Positions 28,801-37,814 of a stretch of 64,000 nucleotides of DNA are shown one piece after another. The stretch covers positions 128,001 through 192,000 of the forward strand of contig CBDBCF010000001.1 in NCBI GenBank assembly GCA_965202985.1, read 5' to 3'. A program made the position numbers and the translations under genes. Below the pieces are notes generated by a model, which had not been told where the DNA came from, searched no databases, and was given only the letters and a program-made list of their open reading frames with translations. This stretch comes from Longimicrobiales bacterium (lineage in GTDB: Bacteria; Gemmatimonadota; Gemmatimonadetes; Longimicrobiales; Gaopeijiaceae). Position 1 is the first letter of the stretch, and the number at the start of each line of letters is the position of its first letter.

Positions 28801-29465
28801 AGATCAACTACTGGGACCACCGGGCGCAGGAGCTCAAGGCTCGGGAGGAGGCGGGTCGGAGCGGCGCACGCTTGGCCTCCGGCGAGGCCGCCAGGCGGGC
28901 CGACGCCCTTCAGGTGCGGCTCCGAAAGCGGTTGGCGGCGCTGGAACTGGAACGGCAGATATCACCGTGTCCGCCTGTCGTGCTGGGCGGCGTGCTGGTC
29001 GTGCCGGCGGGACTGCTGCGGGAGATCGGCGGGCGGGCGGACGCGGAGGAGGCCGATGCCCCGGTCGCTCCCCCGGGGCCGCGCGACACGCAGGCGGCGG
29101 CCGCTCGGGCGCGGGGGGCCGTCATGGAAGTGGAGCGGCAGTTGGGCTTCGAGCCCGTGGACCGCGAGTTCGACAAGCTGGGCTACGACATCGAGAGTCG
29201 CGTGCCCGGCACTGGGCACCTGCGCTTCATCGAGGTGAAGGGGCGGGTCGCCGGGGCGCGCCACATTACCGTTACCCGCAACGAAATCCTCTACTCGCTC
29301 AACAAGCCCGACGACTACATCCTGGCCATCGTCGAGTTCTTGGACGACGGCGGGCGCCGCGTCCGCTACCTTCGTCGGCCCTTCCATCGCGAACCCGACT
29401 TCGGCGTCACGAGCGTCAACTACGACTTTGCCGATCTGCTGGCGCGGGCGGAGGACCCTTCGTAG
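25887..29465 (+). CDS. SNF2-family helicase with C-terminal DUF3883 (NO VEIN) nuclease domain
   Basis: [51 protein letters not shown]-terminal GYDIESR...FIEVKGR. Confidence 0.93.
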   Translation: MRLEDLTPGAKVHGVLPDGAATVVGVKWFGSEALELAYKTPDGRIADKLLYRDDEARLEVVAQERPWSFDGDGALFRLVSEALRIRLAHLFDPMLAVHTSRVEPLPHQITAVYEAMLPRQPLRFLLADDPGAGKTIMAGLLMRELVARGDLERCLVVCPGALAEQWQDELRGRFDLPFEILTNDKLEAAGTGNWFAEADLIIARLDKLSRNEDVQEMLKAPDCRWDLVVCDEAHKMSATYFGGEVKYTKRHKLGQLLSGLTRHFLLMTATPHNGKEQDFQLFMSLLDGDRFEGRFRDGVHVTDVSDIMRRVVKEGLLRFDGTPLFPERKAHTVPYRLSDAEAHLYAEVTQYVREEFNRAEALENERRAGNVGFALTILQRRLASSPAAIHHSLRRRRERLESRLREAESAPSTPAFDLYDAEALADLEDAPEIERQAAEAELSSRATAARTIPELRAEIATLRRLERLATDVLRSGTDAKWQELADVFRQVFTSSGLRGRVMESPKLPYGAGEIPPHTPSATQKLVIFTEHRDTLDYLETRIATLLGRPGSLVVVHGGVRREDRLKAQEAFRHDPETQVLLATDAAGEGVNLQRAHLMVNYDLPWNPNRIEQRFGRIHRIGQRQVCHIWNLVAAETREGDVYRRLLEKLEQAREALGGKVFDVLGKLHFEGRPLRDLLTEAVRYGEQPEVKARLDRVVEHALDRDRLRDLLEDEALAHGAIDARKLHKVREEMERAEARRLQPHYVESFFVEAFGRLGGKARQREPRRYQVTHVPAAVRARGRSAGVREPVLSRYERIAFDKEMEPPVGQPPAAFVCPGHPLLDAVLDLTLERHRELLKRGTVLVDDRDAGVEPRVLFYLEHAVQDGGTTQGGARRIVSKTVLHLEMDGSGRIWHVDCAPYLDYRPLTSAEPEIAAILDRPECGWVGDGLEARMVEWAVAQAVPRHLEEVRDFRHALIDKTRAAVKGRLTNEINYWDHRAQELKAREEAGRSGARLASGEAARRADALQVRLRKRLAALELERQISPCPPVVLGGVLVVPAGLLREIGGRADAEEADAPVAPPGPRDTQAAAARARGAVMEVERQLGFEPVDREFDKLGYDIESRVPGTGHLRFIEVKGRVAGARHITVTRNEILYSLNKPDDYILAIVEFLDDGGRRVRYLRRPFHREPDFGVTSVNYDFADLLARAEDPS

Positions 29466-31281
29466 CGACGGGATCGGCAAGCGCGAGGAAGTCCAGCGTC
29501 TGGTGGGGCGATTCCCGGTCCAGCGTGATCGTCCGCAGCGCGGCGGGGGGAGGCGCGGGGTCGTCGTCGGGATCGGCGTCGGGCGGGTACGCGGCCACCT
29601 CGAGCAGGGCGCCGGCGACCACCCAGCAGACGCTGTAGAAGCCGTCGTCGTTGGTCTTGGTCGTTCGTATCGACTGGTCTCTGGTGTTGAACTCGGCGCC
29701 CGTGTCGGCGCTGGGGACTCGGACGCGGACCGTCGCGTCGACCATGGGGTCGCCGTCGGGGTCGGTGACGCGGCCCATCAGCAGGCCGTCGGCCCAGTAC
29801 ATTCGGCTGCCGAAGACGACCGGGACCCGCGGCGGCTTCGAACGACCGCAAATGTCCTCCAGGATCGTTGCGACGCTGGGCGCGACGAACTCGATCTCCG
29901 CCGGCTTGGCCCGGTCGCGCTCAATCTCCACTTCCAGTCGGTCCAGCGGGTAGTGCGAATAGCTGTCCATGTACGGATGCGCGAAGCCGAACGAGTACCT
30001 GCCGGGCCGAAGGTGCGCGATCTCGAAGCGGCCGTCGGCGCCGGAATAGGCCTCCGTGCCCGTGCCTTCCCAGAACACGCGGGCGCCCGGCAGCGGCGCT
30101 CCCACGCTGTCGCGCACGATCCCGGCGACGCGCACGCCCGGGTCGGCTTCGAACACCACGCCGTCCGGCCCCAGCACGCGCAGCACGTCGCCTCCCTGCT
30201 CCGACACGCCGTCCAGCACGGCCACCAAGTCGCCCGTCCGGGGATGCTCCTCCGCGCCGGCGCGGAACATGCGGATGTTCCACGAGTCCACGATCCACGT
30301 GCCGTCCGGCAGAGCGCGAAAGCTGACCCGACCGCCTGGGCGGGCTGCCCTCAGGAAACGCGGCACGTTCAAGTTCTCGTAGTCGAACTCCAGCCGCCGC
30401 AGCGCCGCCGTGGCCGCGTCCAGCCACATCGTGCCGGCGATCTCGGGGGCCTTGCGGTCCGGCACCGGCTCGAAGGCCAGGCCGACCTGCCCCGGCTCGC
30501 CGCCCTTCACCTTGAAGCAGTGGGTGTCCAGGAACGGATCGGACAGGAACACGTCAGCGTCGGGCGCCCAGAAGAGCGCCTCTTCGGCAGTGATCCGCGC
30601 GAAGCCGTGGGCGGCCAGCGAGTCCGTGGGCCGCGCCGCGAACGGAGCGTCCAGAACGGCGCGCGCCCGGTGTTCGACCAGCACCTTGCGAGCGCGGTCG
30701 TCCAGGTCCCGGCGCACCGACAGCATGTCGTACTGGTAGACGCCCCGACGCTGGGTCCACGCCGCCGTCGCGAGCGCCTTGCGCGCCTCGTTCCAGACCC
30801 GGGCCACGGCCAACCCCTCGCTCGGACGCACTCGGCAACGCCGGCCCGCCTCCGCCTCGATCCCGGCCAGCACGACCGGCTCCACCGGCGCCGTCATGCG
30901 GATCACGAGCGTGTCGCCGACGGCCAGGCGGAAGTACTCGGAGTGCGTCGTGGCGTAGCCGATGCGCTCGGCCTGGACGCGGTATTCGCCGGGGCCGGGC
31001 GCTTGGAGCTCGAAGAGGCCGCTGGCGGTGCGGCTGAGCGCTTGGTCCAGGTCCCGACCATCGCGGTCCCGAAGCGTCATCATGGCGCTCGCGATCGCCC
31101 CGCCTTCGCCCGACTCCATCAAGCGACCGCGCACCACTTGGGCGGTCGCGGCCGCCCCGGGCCAAGCAACCGGCGTTGCGGTCGCAGCGACGAGCGACAG
31201 GGCGAGGGCTACGGACCGCGAGGCAAGCGCGGCAGACGAGCGGGCAAGCGCTGTGTTCAAGCGGGCGGGCGGGACCGCCAC
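29416..31281 (-). CDS. Secreted protein with repeated carboxypeptidase-regulatory-like beta-sandwich domains
   Basis: Signal peptide ending AAATAQ; VRGRL...GEYRVQAERIGY, VAGIVRDSVGAPLPGARV...GRFEIAHLRPGRY, GRVTDPDGDPM...TNDDGFYSVC. GTG start 4 nt after the upstream stop. Confidence 0.75.
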   Translation of the reverse strand: MAVPPARLNTALARSSAALASRSVALALSLVAATATPVAWPGAAATAQVVRGRLMESGEGGAIASAMMTLRDRDGRDLDQALSRTASGLFELQAPGPGEYRVQAERIGYATTHSEYFRLAVGDTLVIRMTAPVEPVVLAGIEAEAGRRCRVRPSEGLAVARVWNEARKALATAAWTQRRGVYQYDMLSVRRDLDDRARKVLVEHRARAVLDAPFAARPTDSLAAHGFARITAEEALFWAPDADVFLSDPFLDTHCFKVKGGEPGQVGLAFEPVPDRKAPEIAGTMWLDAATAALRRLEFDYENLNVPRFLRAARPGGRVSFRALPDGTWIVDSWNIRMFRAGAEEHPRTGDLVAVLDGVSEQGGDVLRVLGPDGVVFEADPGVRVAGIVRDSVGAPLPGARVFWEGTGTEAYSGADGRFEIAHLRPGRYSFGFAHPYMDSYSHYPLDRLEVEIERDRAKPAEIEFVAPSVATILEDICGRSKPPRVPVVFGSRMYWADGLLMGRVTDPDGDPMVDATVRVRVPSADTGAEFNTRDQSIRTTKTNDDGFYSVCWVVAGALLEVAAYPPDADPDDDPAPPPAALRTITLDRESPHQTLDFLALADPVATKGPPPAPADRQSRS

Positions 31282-31285
31282 GCTG

Positions 31286-32479
31286 CTATCCGCCCTGGTC
31301 GCGACGGCGAATCGTCCCCGTGCAGTCGTCCGCCGCCACCGTGAATCTGCGCACCACGCTTCGCAGGTCGCCCATGCCGCCCTCTCCGATCCGCTGGTCC
31401 AGCACGAAGAGCTGGTCTCCCTTGAACGCCGAGACAGGCCGCGCCGCATCCGAGGTGGGCACCAAGGTGTCCGGGCACTGCCGATCGCCACTGGCGTCCA
31501 GGCTGCTCACGTACAGCGTGCCGCTCAGCCGCCCGTCGTGCAACTCGGTGTCTTGATGCGACGTGAACACTTGCCCGCCGGACAGAGACACGTTCATCAG
31601 CGTGGAGGTCATGGCGAGCACCTCGTGGCGCGGCTTCCGGTCCGAATCCTTCATCGCTTGGACGAGTTCGTCCTCTTCCGGCACGCCGCGCCGCCTAGCC
31701 GCCAGAAGCGGGATCGTGTCCAGCAGCGTTCCGTCTCTCGCAACCCGCAGAAGGAACCCGCTGGCGCCGACGCCGACGATCGCGTCGTCCTCCCCGACGG
31801 CGAGTCGGACCAGAGCGCCCATGTTGCGGACGCCTTCGCTCTCGCGGTAGGCCCGGGGCACATCCACGCGGTCCAAGGAGATGCTGCGGCGGCGAGCCCT
31901 CCCGTCCCCGCGTCCGGTCAGGCGGCTTGTTCGCACGACGCCCAGCAGCTTCCACTCCTCCGTATCGATGCCGCCGACCCAGAGGCGTCCTCGGTGTTGC
32001 GCCAAGGCCGTCGCGTCCGTGACCTCCGCCACGGCAAGGTGCGCCCCCGTCGTGGGGTCGAAGAACTCGATCTCTCGCTTGGGCGGAAAGCCGTCCACGA
32101 CAGCGAGCACGTCCCCGATCGAGCCGCCGATGCCGATGTAGGAGAACTCCCCCGGACCGCGGCCCGGACCGCCGTAGCTCCGTACCGGCCGCCCTTGCGA
32201 GTCGAAGTGGTGCACGGAGTTGGAGAACCCGTCGATGACGAAGACGGCGCCGTCGGCCCCCACGAATATCTCGACCGGCTGGCCAAGGAAGATGTCGTCG
32301 GTCTCCTGCAGCACCACGCTGTCCTCGAGGATCAGTGTTGGGCCGAGAAGCTGCGGGGGGGCCTGGGGCAGCTCGGCGGCGAGAGGCCCGGCAGCGACGA
32401 CGGGTGCGACGGCCAGCAGCGCCCAACGGGAACGTCGCTCGGTCTCCCGGCGAAGCAGTCTGTTCATGAGCTGGGCCAT
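31286..32479 (-). CDS. Secreted 6-bladed beta-propeller protein
   Basis: Signal peptide; VGADGAVFVIDG...VHHFDSQGRPVRSYGGPGRGPGEF blade motif. Confidence 0.82.
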   Translation of the reverse strand: MAQLMNRLLRRETERRSRWALLAVAPVVAAGPLAAELPQAPPQLLGPTLILEDSVVLQETDDIFLGQPVEIFVGADGAVFVIDGFSNSVHHFDSQGRPVRSYGGPGRGPGEFSYIGIGGSIGDVLAVVDGFPPKREIEFFDPTTGAHLAVAEVTDATALAQHRGRLWVGGIDTEEWKLLGVVRTSRLTGRGDGRARRRSISLDRVDVPRAYRESEGVRNMGALVRLAVGEDDAIVGVGASGFLLRVARDGTLLDTIPLLAARRRGVPEEDELVQAMKDSDRKPRHEVLAMTSTLMNVSLSGGQVFTSHQDTELHDGRLSGTLYVSSLDASGDRQCPDTLVPTSDAARPVSAFKGDQLFVLDQRIGEGGMGDLRSVVRRFTVAADDCTGTIRRRDQGG

Positions 32480-32480
32480 G

Positions 32481-33683
32481 CTAGGAACTCGGCTCGGAAG
32501 CCATGCGGTAGGCCCGAACCTCCGGCACCCCCAGCTCGTCCTGGGCGAACCCGACCAAGCGACCGTTGCGGACGGCCTCGACCTCGAAGTCGGCGGGGAG
32601 TTCGACGGACGCCACGTGGCTTCCGTCCAGCGAGAAGGCGGCCCACTCCCACTTGGTGCGGTCCTCCTTGCGGATCCCCACCCAGATGCGCCCTTCGTCG
32701 TCCACTGCCAGCCCCGTCAGCGGCGGCCAGACGTAGGGGGCGCCGTCGAGAAACGGTCGGGCAAAGTGGTCCGCCATTTCGGCGGCGTGGGCGTCCAGTT
32801 CGGCTGTCGTGACGCCGATGGGACTGGTCTCGTAGGAGAAGCCGGTCCAGGCGCCGTCCTCCAGGTCGACGATCGTCACGTCGAACGTCATGGAGTTGGC
32901 GTAGACCACACGGTGGTCGGCGGCGAACCGCACAAACGAAGTCCGACCGTACGGGTGCCCGGCGATGCTCACTGCGCCGCCGCCGCGCCAGTCGAATCGG
33001 CGCGCCACGATGGATTCGCCGGGCGCAAAGGTCAGGATCGTGTCGTCCGCCGGGCCTCCGTCCTGCTCGTAGATGTGCCGCAGCGTGTTCACCCGTTCCT
33101 GGCCCACGTCGGAGCCCGAAGCCATGTAAGGCGTGATGTTCATCACGAGGAATCCCGCGTCGGCACGGGTCCGCCAGACGTCGCCGATGCGGCCCTGGTA
33201 TCCTTGGTGGCTGTCGAAGTCGTACACGTAGGCGGGCTCGCTGCTTTCCGGCGCGAACACCGTCAGGCGATACAGCCGGAAGTCCCACGCCGAGAGGCTG
33301 TCGCCCCGGAAGACGTGAACGTTGTTCAGGGCTTCGAACTCGCCAGGCCCTTCTCCCTCGCCCCCCAAAGCGCGGTCGCGGATCAGGTCGGGCGACAAGA
33401 CGAGAACCTCCTTCGACGAGTAGTCGGCCAAGTACGCGTGCCCTTGCGAGTCCACGTCCAAGTTGAGTGCGCCCGACAACAGAAGATCGTCGCCGGACGT
33501 TGCCTCCAGAGTCGTCTCCAGCCACGGACCCTTGGCCCAAGGGCGGATGTCGGCCCCTGGCCCGACAGGCTCGGCCCTCGACGCCGCGAACTGGTTCTCT
33601 TCGCTCAGGTCCGGACCGCCGCAGGCGCCGAAGACCAGCACGGCAGCGGCCAGCGTCCGGATGGTGTGGCACGAGGTGCTCAT
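32481..33683 (-). CDS. 6-bladed beta-propeller lipoprotein (paralogue 1)
   Basis: GGAGG SD; lipobox VFGAC; LDVDSQGHAYLAD, LGGEGEGPGEF, LAVDDEGRIWV, DELGVPEVRAY. Confidence 0.85.
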   Translation of the reverse strand: MSTSCHTIRTLAAAVLVFGACGGPDLSEENQFAASRAEPVGPGADIRPWAKGPWLETTLEATSGDDLLLSGALNLDVDSQGHAYLADYSSKEVLVLSPDLIRDRALGGEGEGPGEFEALNNVHVFRGDSLSAWDFRLYRLTVFAPESSEPAYVYDFDSHQGYQGRIGDVWRTRADAGFLVMNITPYMASGSDVGQERVNTLRHIYEQDGGPADDTILTFAPGESIVARRFDWRGGGAVSIAGHPYGRTSFVRFAADHRVVYANSMTFDVTIVDLEDGAWTGFSYETSPIGVTTAELDAHAAEMADHFARPFLDGAPYVWPPLTGLAVDDEGRIWVGIRKEDRTKWEWAAFSLDGSHVASVELPADFEVEAVRNGRLVGFAQDELGVPEVRAYRMASEPSS

Positions 33684-33736
33684 ATCGCCTCCTTCCTCCT
33701 CAACAACGACGTGGTCAGACAACCTGACTTGGCACC

Positions 33737-34399
33737 TCATGCCGGATTCGGCAGGGCCAGCAGGCTGTCTACATGGGCTTCCAGTATCTCGTACGTAGGC
33801 GTGCCGGGCAATAGCAGGCCATTGATGATGACAGATGGGGTAGCCCGCAAGCGAACTCGCCTAGCGGCTCGGCTGTCGGCCGTGACTCGGTCGGAGGCAC
33901 GCTCAGCGTCCAGGCAGCTCGAAAAACCATCAAGCAAGCGCACACCCGCCTCTTCCGCGAAGTCCGTCCACGTCCTCAAACCGATCTCGTCCTGGTACTC
34001 GAAAAGGAGATCGTGATACGCCTTGAACCGATCCTGCTCAGCGGCGCACTCCGCAGCCACCGCCGCCGCGCGAGCGTGTGGGTGAATCGACGTCAACGGA
34101 AAGTGACGGTAGACGAGTGCCACTTGGTCCGGATAGCGCTGGCGCAGTTCTCGAAGGTCCCGAGCGGCCGCTGCGCAGAACGGGCACTGAAAGTCGGAGA
34201 ACTCCACGACAACCACGGGGGCATCCGCTGGGCCGAGACGGTGACCTGCCGCCGCCAATTCTCGCCACTCCTTCACCTGCCGAGGTTGTGGAACAGGAGG
34301 CTCCTGGGGAAAGAATTCCCTGCGGACGATAGCGACCGTCACCAGCACGGCGCAGATCACTAGGATTGTGGTCACCAAATTGTTTAGCAGCTTGGTCAT
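33737..34399 (-). CDS. Membrane-anchored DsbA-family thiol-disulfide oxidoreductase
   Basis: GGAGG SD; N-terminal TM; GPADAPVVVVEFSDFQCPFC, YRHFPL, ATP cis-Pro loop. Confidence 0.9.
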   Translation of the reverse strand: MTKLLNNLVTTILVICAVLVTVAIVRREFFPQEPPVPQPRQVKEWRELAAAGHRLGPADAPVVVVEFSDFQCPFCAAAARDLRELRQRYPDQVALVYRHFPLTSIHPHARAAAVAAECAAEQDRFKAYHDLLFEYQDEIGLRTWTDFAEEAGVRLLDGFSSCLDAERASDRVTADSRAARRVRLRATPSVIINGLLLPGTPTYEILEAHVDSLLALPNPA

Positions 34400-34421
34400 T
34401 TGCTTCGCCTCCCCGTTCGGG

Positions 34422-35633
34422 TTAGAGTTCGACGATCCTGGCTTCGGTTCCATGCACCCGGTAGGCTCGCACCTCCGGCACGCCATATTCGTCGTGTGCA
34501 ATTCCGAACACGCGATCACGACGAACAGCATGGATGTAGAAGCCCGCCGGCAATTCGACAGACGCCACATGGGTGCCGTCTTGCAGGAAGACCGCCCATT
34601 CCCACTTGGTGCGGTCCTGCTTTCGGATCCCGATCCAGATGTGCCCCAAGTCATCTACCGCAAGCCCGGTCACCGGAGGCCACACATAGGGTGCTCCGGC
34701 CAGAAAGGGACGAGCCAACTCAGGGTGCATGCCTGCGGCAGCCTCGTTCAGTTCTTCGGTCGTAACCCCGATGGGGCTCGTTTCGTAGGAGAACGTGTTT
34801 TGCATCCCATCTCTCGGGTCAACGATAGTTGCCTCCAAGGAAAGGGAACTGGCGTAAACGATATGACCGTCGCGGGCCACCCGGACAAACGATCTCCGCC
34901 CATACGGATGGTCGCCGACAGACACGGCACCGCCACCACGCCAGAAGAGCCGGCGTGCGACTATTGCTTCTCCGGCGGGAAACGCAAGGAGCGTGTCGTC
35001 GGCCTGGGCCCGGTTTTTTATGTGTAGATGCCGCAACATGTTGATCCGTTCCGTGCCCAGGTCGGAACCCGACGCCATGTACGGCGCGATGTTCCATACT
35101 AGGAATCCGGCCTCGGTCGTTGTGCGCCAGGCGTCACCAATGTGGCCCTGGTATCCCTGGCCGCTGCTGAATTTGTGTACGTAAGCGGCCTTGCTGCTCT
35201 CGGGACCAAAGACCGTAGCACGATAAAGGTCGGAATCCCACACTGCCACACTGTCTGCGCGAAACACATGGACGGTCCAGAGCCGCTTAAACTCGCCCGG
35301 ACCCTCTCCCCTGCCGCCGAGGGCGTAGTCGTAGCGCAGGTCCGGCGACAGCACAATGATCTCTCTCGCTGTCGATTCGGGCACATAGACGCGCCCTCGG
35401 GAATCCACATCCAGGTTGCCCACGGCGGACAGCAGAACATCCTCGCCCGACGTAGCATCTAGGGCAACCTCCAGCCAGGGCCCGTTTGCCCAGGGCCGGA
35501 TGTCGGCACGCGGTCCGACTGGGCTGGATCTGGAAGTCGCGAACCGGTTCTCTTGGCCTGTGTCCCGACCCATGCAGCCGCAGACGGCCAGCAGGATCAT
35601 GATTGACTGAAGAGTGAATCGCAGCTGTTGCAT
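34422..35633 (-). CDS. 6-bladed beta-propeller lipoprotein (paralogue 2)
   Basis: Lipobox-like AVCGC; colinear and strongly similar to 32481-33683 (ADIRPWAxGPWLE, PYMASGSD, GAPYVWPP, DRTKWEWA). Confidence 0.85.
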   Translation of the reverse strand: MQQLRFTLQSIMILLAVCGCMGRDTGQENRFATSRSSPVGPRADIRPWANGPWLEVALDATSGEDVLLSAVGNLDVDSRGRVYVPESTAREIIVLSPDLRYDYALGGRGEGPGEFKRLWTVHVFRADSVAVWDSDLYRATVFGPESSKAAYVHKFSSGQGYQGHIGDAWRTTTEAGFLVWNIAPYMASGSDLGTERINMLRHLHIKNRAQADDTLLAFPAGEAIVARRLFWRGGGAVSVGDHPYGRRSFVRVARDGHIVYASSLSLEATIVDPRDGMQNTFSYETSPIGVTTEELNEAAAGMHPELARPFLAGAPYVWPPVTGLAVDDLGHIWIGIRKQDRTKWEWAVFLQDGTHVASVELPAGFYIHAVRRDRVFGIAHDEYGVPEVRAYRVHGTEARIVEL

Positions 35634-35681
35634 TTCTGGTTCTTTTGCGGGAAGGCGGGGTGGCATGAGCAGACACAGCTT

Positions 35682-35726
35682 GGGATGGTGCGGAAGAGGA
35701 CATCAGCATCCTCTCCGCACCATCCC
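35682..35726. terminator. Strong intergenic hairpin (mRNA-stabilising or partial terminator) downstream of peptide gene 1
   Basis: gggatggtgcggaagagga-catcagca-tcctctccgcaccatccc, an 18-bp stem with one bulge; no U-tract. Confidence 0.7.
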
Positions 35727-35749
35727 CCAGAGGGCGTCTTCTACGTCCT

Positions 35750-35957
35750 TTAGAAGAACAGGCACCCCCAGAAGCCCGTGCACGCCGAGCAGCTGCCACC
35801 GCTCGCCCTGCATGCGTCGCCGCAGCACCTCTCGCCGCCGGCGGTGCAGCAGGCTCGGCCGTCGTCCTGGCCTCGAGCTTCGTGCGGCGTTGCCAGGGTC
35901 CAGCCGCCGACGAGCACGGTGAGTGCCGCCAACGTGTTTCAGGGTGATTCGCTTCAT
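35750..35957 (-). CDS. Secreted 8-cysteine peptide 1, apparent 1-nt frameshift near 35936
   Basis: AAAGGAG SD + ATG (MKRITLK), one extra base, then (T)LAALTVLVGGWTLATPHEARG-QDDGRACCTAGGERCCGDACRASGGSCSACTGFWGCLFF*. Confidence 0.75.
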
Positions 35958-36451
35958 CCGTCACTCCTTTCGGATGGTGGAGATTGACACGATCCGGCTG
36001 ATCGTGCACGGGAACCGGGCGGTCACCCGCCGCCTCTGGTCCTCACTAGTCTGGTTGCAATAAGCCCCCAAAATGGTTCCATGGCAGCTCGCCGCGTGGT
36101 GACGCGCTTCTTGGCGACGATCTCGTAAGTTGTAGCACTGGCAAAGACATAGGCGATAGGCACCATCGGCGGCAACCCTCTTGGACCACTGGCGCGGGCC
36201 TTCGTCTAGGCGTTCGGCTGGCCCACTGGTTGGCGTTGCGTGAAGTCGTCCATGCCAGGAAGGAACGAGCGCCTGATGGGGCTCGCGCCAGCACAGATAC
36301 ACGGCCACGCCCACTCGGTCCTACGAATTCGAGGGGTCCTGGGACCGGATTGCACGCTTTCGAAGCGACAGGCGTCTGTTCTCTGTAACGGGGGAGAACT
36401 GCCCCGCCCCAAAGGGCGAGCAGCGGCCCCGGCAACCACGGGAGGAGAGAC

Positions 36452-37051
36452 ATGAAGAACCGGAGCCCCGAGATCCAAGTCGGTCAGGACTCCTCGACGG
36501 TCAGTGCCGCTCCCGTCGCAGGCGAGAGCCGCTACATCGGCAAGCTGATGAGCGAGTTCGGCGAGCACGTGACGACGGCCGTCGCCCGCTTCGCCAGCCC
36601 GTCGGTGGGGAAGGCTGACATCGCCCAGGAGGTCTGGATGGTGGCGCTGATCGAGTTCCGACAAGGCAACGTCCCCCGCGACCCCGGCCCGTGGCTGGTG
36701 GGCATCGCTCGGAACGTGGGCAGGCAGCTCGCTCGAGATCAGGATCGTCAGCGGGGACTTCTCAAGCGCTACTTGGCTACCGTCGAGACCGTCACGGACG
36801 GCGAGCCCGACCTGGACGAGAAGAGGCAGAGGGACGCGCTCCGCGAGGCCATCGACCGGTTGCCCGAACTATCGCGCGTGATCGTCCTGTGCAGGCTCCG
36901 CAAGATGTCCGTCAGCGAAACGGCCAAGGCCGTCGGGTGCCCGGAGGGGACGGTGAAGTCCTGCTACCACCGGGCCACGGAATCCCTGATCCGCCAGCTT
37001 CGGGAGCCGCTCCACGACGGACCCTCGTTGCAGCCTGCCGCGATACCATGA
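36452..37051 (+). CDS. ECF sigma factor 1
   Basis: GGAGG SD; ADIAQEVW, WLVGIARN (region 2); AIDRLP...MSVSETAKAVGCPEGTVKSCYHRA (region 4). Confidence 0.88.
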   Translation: MKNRSPEIQVGQDSSTVSAAPVAGESRYIGKLMSEFGEHVTTAVARFASPSVGKADIAQEVWMVALIEFRQGNVPRDPGPWLVGIARNVGRQLARDQDRQRGLLKRYLATVETVTDGEPDLDEKRQRDALREAIDRLPELSRVIVLCRLRKMSVSETAKAVGCPEGTVKSCYHRATESLIRQLREPLHDGPSLQPAAIP

Positions 37052-37590
37052 GGGCGCGCGTGCGCGACACGGCCATCCGACGGTTGGTACCTGCTGGACT
37101 GACGCTGCTGGCTGCTGCCCAGCTGGTCCTGCTGGTCGGCTCGGACGCCGACGCGGGCCTGCCCGCCTCGCCACTCGCTACGGGCAAGGTCTTGTCGGAC
37201 CTCCGCGTCCTACATGCGGACGGAGACTGGGGACGGCTCGGGTCCGGCGGCGCTGTCCTCGTGCTCGTGTTTGATCCGGAATGCGTGCATTCCCACCGGA
37301 TCGCGCCCGTTTGGCGAGAGTGGTTGGAGGGCCCCGGTTCGGGGACCGACGTGGTTGCGCTGTCCGCGGCGGCCCCCTCCGTGTCCGCGGCACATGCGAA
37401 GGCCAGCGGCTGGTCGGCTCCAGCGGTTTCGGTGGACGCAAGCGTCCCGGGAAGCCCAGAGCACGCGCTGACGAGGCGTGCGCCGTGGGTGTTCGCCCTG
37501 GACGCGGACGGGACTATACTTGCCGAGGGTCGCGGCGTAGAGATTTCGCAGGTGGCTGCCGTGCTGGCGCGGTACGCGAACATTCGCTAG
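37048..37590 (+). CDS. Exported TlpA/peroxiredoxin-like thioredoxin-fold protein with CxxS motif
   Basis: ATGA-coupled; N-terminal hydrophobic segment; VLVLVFDPECVHS, RAPWVFALDADGTI. Confidence 0.7.
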   Translation: MRARVRDTAIRRLVPAGLTLLAAAQLVLLVGSDADAGLPASPLATGKVLSDLRVLHADGDWGRLGSGGAVLVLVFDPECVHSHRIAPVWREWLEGPGSGTDVVALSAAAPSVSAAHAKASGWSAPAVSVDASVPGSPEHALTRRAPWVFALDADGTILAEGRGVEISQVAAVLARYANIR

Positions 37591-37619
37591 AGAGTCAACT
37601 CAAGACAAAGGAGAAAAAC

Positions 37620-37814
37620 ATGCGCGCGATGCTCATCGTCGGCTTGGTCGTTCTGAACTTGGCGCTTGCGGCAACCGCTGTCGCCATGCGTTCCGCCCCG
37701 GCTTCTTCGGAGGCAGGGCTCTTCCCCTGCTGCAGGGGAGATGGTCGGGCGGCGTACTGCTGCGACGACTGCTGCTGGATGCCCAGGGGCTGCTCGGACT
37801 GCCGACCCAACTAG
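37620..37814 (+). CDS. Secreted 8-cysteine peptide 2 (64 aa)
   Basis: AAGGAG SD + ATG; MRAMLIVGLVVLNLALAATAVA-MRSAPASSEAGLFPCCRGDGRAAYCCDDCCWMPRGCSDCRPN*. Confidence 0.8.
   Translation: MRAMLIVGLVVLNLALAATAVAMRSAPASSEAGLFPCCRGDGRAAYCCDDCCWMPRGCSDCRPN

Larger units (their letters stand above)
9466..29465. other. Defence island (no integrase or att sites recognised)
   Basis: Dense run of DUF262, ABC/AAA ATPase, PIN, HEPN-DUF499, DUF1156 MTase, GmrSD-like and SNF2 genes; several are visibly more AT-rich than the flanks. Confidence 0.85.

Noticed and set aside
25794..29455. 10-bp inverted repeat (tcctccgccc / gggcggagga) flanking the helicase as inversion endpoints
   Set aside because: Short, GC-rich, found post hoc; no invertase nearby; a plausible leftward promoter already explains the divergent layout.
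35930..35945. Programmed ribosomal frameshift in peptide 1
   Set aside because: No in-frame slippery codon plus stop or X-XXY-YYZ heptamer; mutation or read error is more likely.
35703..35957. 84-aa ORF from the peptide 1 ATG as the true product
   Set aside because: After residue 8 it is Arg-rich and featureless and runs into the hairpin, while the +1 frame gives a signal peptide and an ordered Cys pattern.
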